From Octopus vulgaris (lineage: Eukaryota), in NCBI GenBank assembly GCA_951406725.2, contig OX597820.1, forward strand, positions 69,874,001 through 69,938,000: 64,000 nucleotides of DNA. Direction: 5' to 3'. Of this stretch, positions 27,919 to 40,607 are shown one piece after another. The notes under the pieces are model-generated. The model worked only from the letters and a program-made list of their open reading frames with translations, was not told the origin of the DNA and made no database searches. Positions within the stretch are counted from its first letter, which is position 1. The number at the start of each line of letters is the position of its first letter. Made by a program: the position numbers and the translations under genes.

Positions 27919-28402
27919 AAATATTTAAGAATCAATGAACTAGATACGATACAACACACACAAATGAAAAGAACATAAAGAAAGAATACTATAGACGAGT
28001 TAGATCAATACTGAAAAAAGAGCTCAATGCTAAAACAAGATAATATGTATTAACACTCTAGCTGTCCCAGTTATAAATTACAGCTACAATATCCTTAGCT
28101 GGACACTAAATGAACTAACCAAAATAGACAGGAAAACAAGAAAAATAATGACAAGATCTAGGATGCACCACCCAAAATCTGACATAGAAAGGATAAATAT
28201 ACAACGTATAGAAGGCAGTAGAGGCCTTATACAGCTGGAAAACTATTATAAAATAACCACTATAGGAATGCAAAAATACCTACTTCAGAAGCAAGGAAAA
28301 CTAATGCAAATAGCTACAAAACACGAGCAAAAGAAAAAACAGTTTTCAGTATTTAAGGAAGATGATAAATACAAACAAGAAATCATACAACCTCACAAAT
28401 AT

Positions 28403-28516
28403 GAAGAAGAAGAAGAAGAAGAAGAAGAAGAAGAAGAAGAAGAAGAAGAAGAAGAAGAAGAAGAAGAAGAAGAAGAAGAAGAAGAAGAAGAAGAAGAAGA
28501 AGAAGAAGAAGAAGAA
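28403..28516 (+). repeat. (GAA)38 inside the LINE ORF
   Basis: Pure GAA run that reads as poly-Glu in the LINE frame. Confidence 0.95.
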
Positions 28517-29416
28517 AAGCTATAAAACAAATGAAATCCAAACTCAAACTAGAACAGCAACGGACCATGATAAAACGAGGGAAAGAAAAGCCCCTTCATG
28601 GCAAATACTGGGCTAAACTAAATGCAAAAGAAATAGACAGAGAAAAATCCCATCAAAGGTTGAGAAGTTCAGGACTCAAAGCAGAGATTGAAGGATTTTT
28701 TAATTGCAGCAATTTTAATTGCAGAAATTACCAAAAACACATAATGAAAAGAAACATAAGAGGTAATTGCAGAATATGTGGAGATGGACAAGAAACAATA
28801 AATGATATTATCTCTGGCTGCCCTGTCCTGGCTAAGAAGGAATATATTTACAGATACGACAGAGTTGGGACCTACATACACTAGATGCCAACACTATGGA
28901 ATAACAACAGAAAAATGATGGTATAAGCACACGCCAGTAAAGGACATACAAAACGAGAAAGCAACCATACTCTGGGATATGCCAATACACACAGATAGAG
29001 AAATTAAGGCCAATAGGCCAGATATAGTTGTCAGGGATCATGAAGAAAAAAATGCTTTCTAATTGATGTATCAATACCAGCAGATGACAACGTTTCTCTA
29101 AAAGAAACTTTCAAAATACAAAGAACTGGAAATAGTTAACTCAAATATGGAATCTAAAACAGAAACAATTCCTACCATAGTAGGTGCATTAGGTATGATA
29201 AAACATTCAGATAAATATATAACAAAAACACCAGGACTTACAAATATATATAACATACAGAAAATTGCACTACTGAGCACTGCACACATCCTACGCAAAG
29301 CACTTTCAATGCAGTAACCATAAGAGCATCACAGCAAACCACAGCACATACCCAAGGAACACAGAGCTGCACTCGGTAGTGAAGTGGAAGCACGTTATAA
29401 AAACTACTGAATAATA

Positions 29417-29618
29417 TGAGGTATACTTGCCATCTCAATATGGCTAACCACTAAGGGTGGGTGTTACTGTAGCTTGTAGCCCCAGGAGAACATCGTCTCC
29501 AGCTGGGGGCTACAAGCTACAGTAACACCCACCCTTAGTGGTTAGCCATATTGAGATGGCAAGTATACCTCACATTGTCGTGCAGTTACTGTTTATACTT
29601 CGTTCAGAGATTTATTAT
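29417..29618. mobile_element. hairpin insertion: perfect 67-bp inverted repeat plus a 46-bp tail, with 12-bp TSD
   Basis: 29417-29483 is the exact reverse complement of 29506-29572. TACTGAATAATA occurs at 29405-29416 and 29619-29630. Confidence 0.8.
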
Positions 29619-29635
29619 TACTGAATAATAATAAT

Positions 29636-29858
29636 TATGATTTTAAATTTTGGCACAAGGCCAGCAATTTCAGAGATGGGGTAAGTCAGTTGCATCAACT
29701 CCAGTGTTCAACTGGTACTTATTTTATCGACCTCGAAAGGATGAAAGGTAAAGTCTACCGCGGCTAAATTTGAACTTTGAACTCAGAACGTAAAGACGAA
29801 CGAAATGCTGCGTAGCATTTTATCCAACGTGCTAACGATTCTGCCAGCTGACCGTCTT
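29636..29858 (-). mobile_element. family A SINE
   Basis: AATTTTGGCACAAGGCC tail, ATCGACCTCGAAAGGATGAAAGG body and GCTAACGATTCTGCCAGCT head. Confidence 0.8.
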
Positions 29859-29964
29859 ACGGGAACAGATATCCTAGATTGCGCTAAGTGGGTGCAAGCT
29901 TGTACACCGAAAGTTCGACGTCAAACACGAAAAGATTTATAACAGCAATAAGCTCACACCCAAT

Positions 29965-29966
<2 letters not shown>

Positions 29967-30023
<57 letters not shown>

Positions 30024-30029
30024 GAATAA

Positions 30030-30060
<31 letters not shown>

Positions 30061-30148
30061 AAGAAGAAGAAGAAGAAGAAGAAGAAGAAGAAGAAGAAGA
30101 AGAAGAAGAAGATAAAGAAGAAGTAGAGCAACAACAACAACAACAACA
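29967..30148 (+). repeat. compound (TAA)n-(GAA)n-(CAA)n microsatellite
   Basis: Visible directly in the sequence. Confidence 0.95.
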
Positions 30149-30305
30149 GTACAATGTTATTCATGCAGAGGTAAATTTACTTGCATTTATAAAAAATAGT
30201 TACGTTTCACCCACAACTTATTCATACGCAAGCGAAGCATAGAATGCACATTTTATGTATGTGTGTGTGTGTGTGTACGTGCGTGCATATATGTGTATAT
30301 ATATA

Positions 30306-30352
<47 letters not shown>

Positions 30353-31356
30353 TATATATATATATCGTATATATATGGGGTTTTTTTTTTTTTGAATGAA
30401 ATAGTTCTAGTCCTGTAGAAGCTCCTTCTATAAAATAAATATATATATATATCTGTATATGTGTGTGTGTATAACACACAGACACATACACGCAAACGCC
30501 TACATATATATATATGTATATATGTATATTTGTACAAATTATACTTGAAGAAAAAGCATAGTATAAAACATGTGTGATGAGTAAGGATTTTTTTTTTCTT
30601 TTTCCTGGGAAAATCCTTTGCCGCCATTATGATTGTCAGTTATTATTCATACCAAACAGCATAGATGGAGTTATTGTACATTAAATCTATTTAGTGTTTC
30701 TTACTCGGTGCTGATTCATTATTATCAGGTCATTTCATCTATTCCCACATCATCCACGAATGAAATCGCTGTTTTAGTGTCTTAAATGAGACGTCGAATA
30801 TTTCCTTCGGGCTAATTTCTTGCACATGCAGTCAACAATTTCTGTTAATTTCTATCCACCTTCACCACCACCGCCGTCATCACCACCACCACCACCACCA
30901 CCACCACCACCATCACCACCGCTGCCGCCGCCGCCACCACCAGTAATGCTGTCATCGCTTCAACACTACTACTAACTCTACCACCACCACCACCGCCTGT
31001 CACTTGCGAAATAAATGAGGGTGGAGGAGAAGGATGGATCGAGACAGAGTAATGCTCAACTACTGAAGGCTACATTGTCGATCAAACCTTGAAATTCTTC
31101 TCCTCAACAGATCATTCATGGTGACTACCGTGAAAGAAAACTTACAGTTAGATGCAGTTTGCATGCTTTGCGAGGAGTCTTCCACAACGAAGATATGTGC
31201 ACGCGATCCTTTTTGCCAGAGAAATCAGCATCCTGCTGGTTTTAAGTTCTCTGCTGAAGAGGAAATCTAAAGATGTCTGTTGGTAGTGCCAATCATTTAA
31301 TTTACCTTGCCACGCAAGCTCAATAAATATCTGTGTTGTAAAATACCTTCCAAGAC

Positions 31357-31373
31357 CGCCACCAGAGGGCGCT
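31357..31373 (+). promoter_or_regulatory. CTCF-like binding motif
   Basis: CGCCACCAGAGGGCGCT is a near-consensus match within otherwise AT-rich unique sequence. Confidence 0.55.
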
Positions 31374-33558
31374 CACTGAATATTTCTTAAAACTCAGTCG
31401 ACTGTCTCTTTGCCTTTATCTCTCACAAATATTGATTTTTCTCTCTATATTTGTATATTGGTGTATGTTGGTGTAGACGAGATATAGAGTTGATGCAATC
31501 GAATCCATTATATGACGGATCCCCATGTTATCTACCCCGAAGAATTAAAATGCATAGTTGAGCCCTGCGGGATTTTGAACTGATTCAGGTGAATTTACTT
31601 AATAACGCTGTTCAGCTTGTGTTTAACTATAGTTTCTCATGTACATCACTATAGTTTCACTTTATTCCTTTCTATTTTCAACAACGGTTTCTTATTTAAG
31701 CACAGGGCCAGTAGTTTCGAGTGGAGTAGACTAGCCAGTAGCATCGAACACGGTATTATTTATTTTATCAATCCTATGTGGGTGGGGTGGTGGGATGAAG
31801 AAGAATGATGAACGAAGCTATTTCAATTCAGAGCGCAAAAAGCTAGAATATATACCGCAAAGCATTTTTTACGACGCACTTATGATTCTGCCAGCTCTCC
31901 GGCGTTATGATGATTTTGATTAGGTACAAGGCTAGTAATTGTTAGTGTATTAATTACTCAATTATATCCAACCTGGAGGGATGAAAAGTAAAACTGGTCT
32001 CGGCTAGATTTGAACTCAGAAAGCACTATGTTGGGCCAAATTCCGCAAGGCGTCTTTCCGATTCTCCGCTTGCTGCCTTTCTGCGTTCAGTATTAAATCT
32101 GTACACAGTCAATTTGTTCTCAAATCAAGATCGTCATTTTAGAAAGGAAGTCTGATCACTTGACATGCTAGTATTTCTTTTCAAATCAAACATTCTACCA
32201 TGTAAAACAATAAATACAATTTCAATAATGTAGTCTTAGATATATCTATACTTGATGTGGGCTAAAACGGAGTTATAAGATAACAACTTCGACACTTGAA
32301 TCAATAAAAGGGATAGATATTTATTGCTGAAGTTATTGTTCTTGTTTGATGGTCACGGAGTCGCCTTCAGTCTTACAGTTTGTCACCGTGTGCTGCTAAG
32401 CCTACAACAAGCATTGATAAGCCGGTAACAGTAGGCTGAAGATGTCATCCACCAACGGATCAACAACGGTTCAATGGAATTGAACCCGAATTTGTAGATT
32501 TAGGATCAAAGATATTCACGTTGCTAACTGGTTTGTGTTTTTAGAGCGCTGCATATTCTGTTTCGTGCAATTTGATCCGAAACTCCACTCCCCAAGTTTA
32601 AATTACGCTGAGGTCAACGTTCAGCGTGGGGAAAATGTGGTGAAAATGCAGAATTAACAGAATGCCAGAATGTGTACCTCCAGGGATATGAGACGTTTTG
32701 GTACAGCCTTTCTGGCGTCACCTATTTAGTTAGTAAGATGGTGACTTATTTGACATCAAACGTTCCAATGTTTCACCGGTTTTGATATTTCTGTCTTTAC
32801 CTCCTCCCCTCTTTTTCTCTCTCCTTTTGTCTTTCATTATTTTCATCGCTCTATCTCTCTCTCTCTCTCCCTCTCTCTCCCACTCTATTTCTGTTGCTTG
32901 TTTTACTTTATGTTTACTTTTAGTTTATGTAAGCGTTTTGAATTGATAAATTTTAATATCTCACGCTCGCTCTGTCAGCCAGTATGTGTAAATTGTTTTG
33001 CGCACATAGTGTGTGTGTGAGTGTGTTTGCCTCCAGGACCAAAAAGTACTGTCGCCAAAACAGGTTGGATTTCCAAACTGCCGCGCCCAGTCGTCTTGTT
33101 TCATGCCTCCTAGTATTTATCCTGACTCTGCGTGCGCGTTGATAACTCCCGCAATTACACTGGTGCCAAGCTGTATCAGATAACGTCAATAGCCTTTGCC
33201 GTTTGTCAACATCGGGAAGTGAAGAGATTTGCATGCATGAACATCTACAAGTGTTTCTTTAAATATCTTGCCCAGGACTACACATATATGTTGAGATCCA
33301 TAGTCAACATTGACCGATAACGGCTCTACAATGTTCAGTCGTAAACATCTCATATTTCATTGAGAATTAATATATTTAAAGAGGCAAAATTAAATGTATC
33401 GTTTGTTTCCTAAGATGGTGGTGGTGGAGACCTGATATTTGACCGCAATTTGCAATTTCTATCAGATTGATGGCCACATATATGATCCCTCACCGATTGG
33501 TACATATATATATATGTATGTATGTATGTACGTATGCATGTATGTGTACGTATGTATG

Positions 33559-33597
<39 letters not shown>

Positions 33598-33603
33598 AAA
33601 CAA

Positions 33604-34153
33604 TTTTTTTCGAAAATAATTTTTTTTCGAAAAAAGTTTTATCCTACATTAGATATAAATTTAAGCGTTCACTTCCGAACTCTCTCACTCTGTGAGGGCC
33701 TCAGTTCAAATCGCACGTGTCTTGAATGGGCTGGAGTATTTCTATTTTGGATGTATTTGGGGTACTTAATTGTGCTCATGACTTAGTGTTTGCTTCTTCC
33801 ATGGGTATGAGTAAGTATCTCATTTATTTCTTTTGCCACATGTATCACTGACGAAGGGAGGGCTGTTATGAGCTAACCCTGAAATCGGTCCGATATGGTA
33901 ATAATGGAATTTTTTAGAGATTTCTGTCGACCTTTTTTCGAGTAGCGTGCATATTGTGAAAAAATTATATGGTTAATGGACAATATGTCCAATTTTTCGG
34001 CATATTTGGCATTAGAAATTTTTTCGTTTGCCCTTATTTATGAATTGTTTATAAATTTAACCTTTAGAGGTATTTTTTAATATGCTGGCCATTGATAAAA
34101 TTTTTTTCGAAAAGAATATTTTTTCGAAAAAATTTTATCCTACATTAGATATA
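33604..34153 (+). mobile_element. ~500-bp hammerhead-containing unit with ~54-bp terminal direct repeats in (TA)n (retrozyme or pLTR-like)
   Basis: TTTTTTTCGAAAA...TTTTATCCTACATTAGATATA occurs at 33604-33657 and 34101-34153. Confidence 0.65.
33843..33895 (+). ncRNA. type I hammerhead ribozyme
   Basis: TATCA-CTGACGA-AGGG...CCCT-GAAA-TCGG-TC-CGATA, with a GUC triplet and one stem I mismatch next to the core. Confidence 0.7.
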
Positions 34154-34161
34154 TATATATG

Positions 34162-34201
<40 letters not shown>

Positions 34202-34627
34202 CATACATACATACATACATACATACATACATACATACATACATACATACATACATACTCGAAACGGCACACGCAAAACAAACTATAAAACCGATTCATT
34301 TAAACCCATTTTATAAAAGGTTCGCGTTTCAGTTACCTCAATTGATTAAAATGAAAAGTTGAGCTATGAGAGATTTTGAACATCAAACGTTGAATTTCCT
34401 CTACCGGTCTCTTAATAATGATATTTGGTTTGTTTCTATTCTTTGAAAGAAGGATATACAACGGTTATATATATTTTACAATAGCTTCCTACCGTTCCTT
34501 TCTAAGCTCAATAATGGCTTCTAGGCAGGTAAAATGCTTAGCGATATTTCGTCCAATCAAATGCCCCACTCCCCTAAAATTTCGGGCCTTGTTCCTAGAG
34601 TAGAAAAGAATATTTCTCATTTTTAAA

Positions 34628-34840
34628 GGCGGTGAGCTGGCGGAAACGTTAGCACGCCAGGCGAAATGCTTAGCGGTATTTCGTCTGTCTTTACGTTCTC
34701 AGTTCAAATTCCGCTAAGGTCTACTTTGCCTTTCATCTTTTCAGAGTCGATAAAGTACCAGTTGTGTAGTGGGATCAATCCAAATGACTGGCCCCTCCCC
34801 CAAAATTTTGGGCCTTGTGCCCAGAGTAGAAAAGGAATAT
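34628..34840 (+). mobile_element. family A SINE, full-length monomer (preceded by a deleted copy at ~34524-34612)
   Basis: GGCGGTGAGCTGGCGGAAACGTTAGCACG...GTTCAAATTCC...GGGCCTTGTGCCCAGAGTAGAAAAG. Confidence 0.85.
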
Positions 34841-35517
34841 TGGCTTCTAAGCTATAATGGATCCTAAGCTGAGGGGGACTGGCTGATACCAACTAGCCTA
34901 GAACTTCCGTGATACTTTAATTTATTGACCCAACTATATAAATGACAACGACAATGCTTTATAGTTCAGTTACATTATTCCCATGATCACTCGATGCCTA
35001 CAACAAAGTGCAGCAACAAAACATCACTAACATCATTTCATTTACATGACCTGGGAGTGACTTAAAGCATTAATTAAAGTCTACAAAACTGTAGTTTCCA
35101 TATCTGTTAACATTTCGTAACAACGACTATCCAGTTACGTTATGCATTGCAGTGGCCATGCAGGATTTTATTGTTGTTGTTGCTGTTGTTGTTTCTCTTC
35201 TTCTTCTTCTTAACACATATCGAATTTAAAAAGTCTTGTGAATGAAATTGGGTAGACAGAAGGGCACTGTGTGGAATCTTATCAGATGGACTACGCTTAT
35301 AATTAAAAAGCTTGTCACACACCGTGTCGCGTCAGTGCTGCCTCAAAAATTACGTCAGCATTACGCGTATATGTGGAAACCTCATGATCGAGATAAACGG
35401 CAAAATGTACACACACACACACACGCACACACACACACACAAACACATGCATGAGCGTGCGAAAGTGCACTCACACGTATATACATACATTGAATTGATA
35501 TATGTATGTATGTATAC

Positions 35518-35549
<32 letters not shown>

Positions 35550-35699
35550 ATATATTCATATATATTACCTAGATGTATGGATGTGTTTAGATATAAACAC
35601 ACACTCACGCATATATTTATAAACACAAACGCACTTACACACATATATATATATACATATATATACAGATATATATAGACATATATTTATATTTTCACA

Positions 35700-35980
35700 T
35701 ATATATTGATAGTTATGCATATATATGTATGCCTATATATGCATATCTATATATACATATATATATATACATATACACATATATACATATATACATATAC
35801 ATATATATATATATACATATATATATATATGTATATGTATATATGTATATGTATATATGTATATGTATATATGTATATATGTATATGTATATATATATAT
35901 GTATATGTATATATATGTATATGTATATATGTATATATATACATATATATATATACATATACATATATACATATATACAT

Positions 35981-36027
<47 letters not shown>

Positions 36028-36056
36028 TATACATATATACATATACATATATACAT

Positions 36057-36112
<56 letters not shown>
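35700..36112. repeat. degenerate TA/TACATA microsatellite with blocks of alternating polarity
   Basis: TACATA, then TATGTA, then TACATA blocks. Confidence 0.9.
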
Positions 36113-36113
<1 letters not shown>

Positions 36114-36259
36114 TACATACGTATGTGTGTGTACCCGTGCGTGTTTGCGCTTATGCATGTGTGTGCCTGTTTATCCCTGGATATGTTCCAATATGCATGA
36201 GTTCAAATAAATTTATAACTATTCGTGCATTCTGTGACACTATATATGTGTGTGGGTGT

Positions 36260-36303
<44 letters not shown>

Positions 36304-36967
36304 ATAGATTTCATCTCTTTGTGCTCGTGTTGTCTGGGTGGGCTGTATCTGTGTGCATGAGTGTATGTGTTTGTAAAGTGCACATTTAATATACTTGGCT
36401 GCTGTATGCAATAATAATAGACTTCCTTCTTCCTTCACTTCTTCTTTCTCTCCTTCATGTTCTTCCTCCTCTGCTGCTGCTGCTGCTGCTGCTGATGCTG
36501 ATGCTACAGCGCTTCATACTCTCACAGTACGATTTGATATTAAGTCACATACCTTACCCCCCTTGAAGTCCTATTACATTCCTTGCAGTGGGTAAAGAGA
36601 GTGAGATGCTGAAGTAATAATCTCCCCTACGAGAATCCGAATGACTTTTACACGGCAAAATTTCATCAAAAAACTACGAAGTGTAAACGAAATAATAGAA
36701 GAATGCAACACTTATGACACATAAAAATACGTTGTAGTGTCTAAGTGAATCTATATTGGTTTATTTAATATATGCATACATGAGTAAATCCTTATGTTTT
36801 AAAGGAAAATAAAAAGAAATGTGAAGTTATGACAGCTGTAGTTCAAATGATATTAAATAACTTGAACTGGAACTCAAAAGCAGCGTCATAAAATTAATTT
36901 ATTTTTTCATGAGAAGCAGTGAACGATGCTGTCGTTGGATAGCGACTTCTAACGAGCTTGAAATATT

Positions 36968-37572
36968 GATTTCAAATTTTGGCCTGAGCCTAGGAATGTC
37001 GGGAAGGTGGTAAGTCGATGGCATCGACCCCTGTGTGCAACTGGTACTTATTTTATCGACCTGGGAAGGGATGAAAGACAGAGTCGACTGCGGTGGAATT
37101 TGAACTCAGAATTTAAAAGTAGCCCGGGTGGGCTAACGATTCTACCGATTCCCCGTCGTACAAGCTCACAAATATCCTTTTCCACTCCAGGCACAAGGCC
37201 CGAAATTTTCAGGGAGGGGGCCAGTCGATTAGATCAACCCCAGAACGCAACTGGCACTTAATTTATCGACCCTGAAAGGATAAAAGGTAAACTTGACCTC
37301 GGCGGAATTTGAACTCAGAACGTAGCGGCAGACGAAATACCTATTTCTTTACTACTCACGAGAGGCTAAACACAGAGGGAAGAAACAAGGACAGACACGC
37401 GGATTAAGTCGATGATATCGACCCCAGTGCGTAACTGGTACTTATTTAATCGACCCCGGAAGGATGAAAGGCAAAGTCGACCTCGGCGGAATTTGAACTC
37501 AGAACGTAGAGACAGGCGAAATACCGCTAAGCATTTCGCCCGGCATGCTAACGTTTCTGCCAGCTACCGCCT
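36968..37572 (-). mobile_element. family A SINE cluster (monomer plus dimer)
   Basis: Three body modules, with AGCT..(C/G)AAATAT motifs at the copy junctions. Confidence 0.8.
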
Positions 37573-37638
37573 TACCAGCTAACAAATATTGTTCTATATT
37601 CAATGAGAACCCAGGGTTGGGTTCAAAATTCAACCAGG

Positions 37639-37682
37639 ACACCTGATGAAAGCTGGAGAGTAAATCAGTCGAAACGCTGAGT
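37639..37682 (+). ncRNA. hammerhead-like motif, degenerate
   Basis: ACAC-CTGATGA-AAGCTGG...TCAGTC-GAAA-CG-CT-GAGT. The core boxes are intact but the UH site and stem I are mutated. Confidence 0.5.
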
Positions 37683-38047
37683 TAACAACAAGCAAAATGA
37701 GGACACATATCCGTCCAATGTAAATAATGTAAATAAAGTTACAAATATTGGCTTCAAATTTTGGCACAAGGCAAGTGATTTCGAAGTGGTGGGTGGCAGT
37801 GGGCAACAGGTGCTTTTTTATCGACTCCGAAATTATGAAAGGCACATCGTCTCCAGTACATATTTTCTATGCCTGCTACATGTTCTATCACTCTGTGTTG
37901 CCGATGTAAACACAGCCACACCATTAGTGGATGGTGGGAAACACACGCGCGCGCATACACACACACACCCATACACGTATGTACGTATGAATGAATGAAT
38001 GAATGAATGAATGAATGTATGCATAAAAATAAATGCACTCTTTTAAA

Positions 38048-38280
38048 GCCTAGCCAGGCTCTTGGGCGCGGTTTCCCGTTTTATATGGCGTATGTGCTCC
38101 CCAGCTGGATGGGACGCCAGTCCATCGCAGCGTTACTCATTTTTGCCAGCTGAGTGAACTGGAGCAACGTGAAATGAAGTGTTTTCCTAAAGAACACAAC
38201 GCGTCGCCCGGTCCAGGTTCGAAACCACAATCTTACGATCATGATGCTGAGACCCTAACGACTAAGCCACGCGCCTCCAC
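38048..38280 (-). mobile_element. tRNA-derived SINE with CORE-like module and family C tail
   Basis: Reverse-complement head GTGGAGGCGCGTGGCTTAGTCGTTAGGG, with GGATGGGACGCCAGTCCATCGCAG in the tail module. Confidence 0.8.
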
Positions 38281-38295
38281 TATACACACATACAC

Positions 38296-38384
<89 letters not shown>

Positions 38385-40607
38385 ACTTACTTGGAGATGA
38401 AGACTCGAAACAGGGGCAGCTGATGAAGGGGAATGTTCCCTCTGTTGTTTGTCTTGCACTCTGTTTTTTCGTTGTTATAAAAAGTCTGTTTCCTTGTTTT
38501 GTTTCTATGTTTTCGTTTCTCGTTGTGTTCTACGTTTATTTGTGGTGTCCTGTACCCATATATGCATGTATATATACATATAGATGTAGGTATATACATA
38601 TATGTATGTATGCATATGCTTTTTTTTTGTATATATATATATTTATACCCACAACGAGCTTCCACCCAGTTTTAGTCTATGAAATTCTGATTAGTTATTG
38701 CTTGCCCCATGGTTATAATATTAAACACTTATGCAAGGTGCCGCGCAGTGGAGCTAAACCCAAAACTTTGTGATTGCAAAGTGTGAGCTTCTGAAGGGCA
38801 CATCGTGTTTATCTATGCATATATACTTTCTGTTATCATGTTCGAGGATTCTTTCGAAGTTTCTCGATCCCATCTGGTGTTTGTGCCATGAGAAAAATAA
38901 AAGGTTGTGTCTGAGACAAAGTGAAAAGTGACTTGCACAAATTGAATGTGTACAAACGATTGTCGAACTTTCAGATTAAAAATAGCAGCCAAAATACTTC
39001 AGATTAAATCCTATATCCTTAAAATGAGGAAGGCAACATATGAATCCATATTTGTCAATGTAGTTATCGATAAACCATAATCTAAACAATGGGTTGATTG
39101 TCAATAATTGATTTTTTTCTGAATACAAATCTATTCGATCATGACTGACTTCCACCAAACAACAACAAAATCGACCACAATAACAATAACAACTCGTTAT
39201 CCAACAATAAAGCAGTTGAATGTCAGAAATGGCAGTCATTTGATGTGTATGTTCAACAACATGTAATTCTACGTAATTCTTATTTCTTTATTGCCCACAA
39301 GGGTATAAACACAGAGGGGACAAACAAGGACGGTCAAAAGGATTAAGTCGATTACATCGATCCCAGTGCGTAACTGGTACTTAATTTATCGACCCAGAAA
39401 GGAAAATTTCTTTTATTCTTTTACTTGTTTCAGTCACTTGACTGCGGTCATACTGGAGCGCCGCCTTCAGTCGAAAAATAGACCCCAGGACTTATTCTTT
39501 GTAAGTCTAGTACTAGTTTATGGGTCTCTTTTGCCGAACCGCTAAGTTACGGGGGACGTAAACACACCACAATCGTTTGTCAAGCGATGTTTGGGGGGAC
39601 AAACACACACACACAAATAGACAAATTCTACGTAATTCTACCATTTTGCCGTTTGAGTTCAAACAGAACCAGAGTCGTTTGTTTTATAAAGTCTCAGGAC
39701 ACTCCTCATCATATAGGTAAAAACTAGGTAATCGGAAACAATGTGGGAGCCCATCAGATTGATTGTATCTTATATCTTTAATTTGAAAGTCTAAACTTCA
39801 AACACTGTCACATTGATTCTTCTTGAGAAATGTCAATAGGTCACATGACTGCGAGAAGTTCAACCGGTGGTTCAGTTGATTGAACAATTGAATATTCATG
39901 GTCGATAGTGACCGGGTTGCACTTGAATATTATATAGTCTTTCTAGAAGCATAGACATGTTTCTAACAACGTTGCTTGATGAAGTAACTAGAAGGATTTT
40001 TGTGTGTCGGAGGACGTTAGTGTTTCAAACAACTGGTTCGCTAGGATTTGAGCTGCAGATCACTACTGGATGGAATAAACATGTCATGCGCTGGTGCTGC
40101 CGTTTCTCGCAACGTCAATAAAGTGACCTCTCCAGAGTACAAACATGGTCCAGATATGCAGAAATTCTGAGATTCCGGATGTGAGACTCCACATGACCTG
40201 GCTGATGTGGTTCGAAATACTCATCACAGGTTTGGCTCAAGTCTACATCTTTTCGGGGTCATAAAATAAGTACCAGTTGAGTACGGGGATCGATGTAATC
40301 GATTAATCTCCTTCCAAATCTCAAACCTTGTGCATATAGTAGACAGGATTATTAAGACGATACTCCTTAAAGCGTTCTCCCTACGACACATTCCCTCAGT
40401 CTAGTTGCTGACTACCAATTAAGATATTTATCATATTCATCCCTAACTCGAGATTGTATAATTCTGTGTACTTTTGCAGGACGGGAGTGTGTGGATATGC
40501 GAAAGGGGAATAATTTTTTGTGCATATTTCTGCTCTAATATCATCAAGGAAGGCTAGGTAATCGGAAACAATGTGGGAGCCCATCAGATTGATTGTATCT
40601 TATATCG

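Larger units (their letters stand above)
26125..29416 (+). mobile_element. R4/Dong-clade non-LTR retrotransposon (RT plus REL endonuclease), decayed
   Basis: RT motifs NWKAP..D, NYRLITCL, WVDYRKAFD, GIFQGDTLSP and YMDG (from YMDD). Zinc knuckle CRIC..ETIND..SGC, REL motif RPDIVV...IDVSIP..KYKEL, and a 3' end running into TAA repeats. Stops and frameshifts are present. Confidence 0.9.

Noticed and set aside
38393-38441. GAAAC followed by CTGATGA and a hairpin in a TA-flanked repeat
   Set aside because: The boxes are present, but no GAAA follows stem II and no valid stem I/III topology could be built, so it was not counted as a hammerhead.
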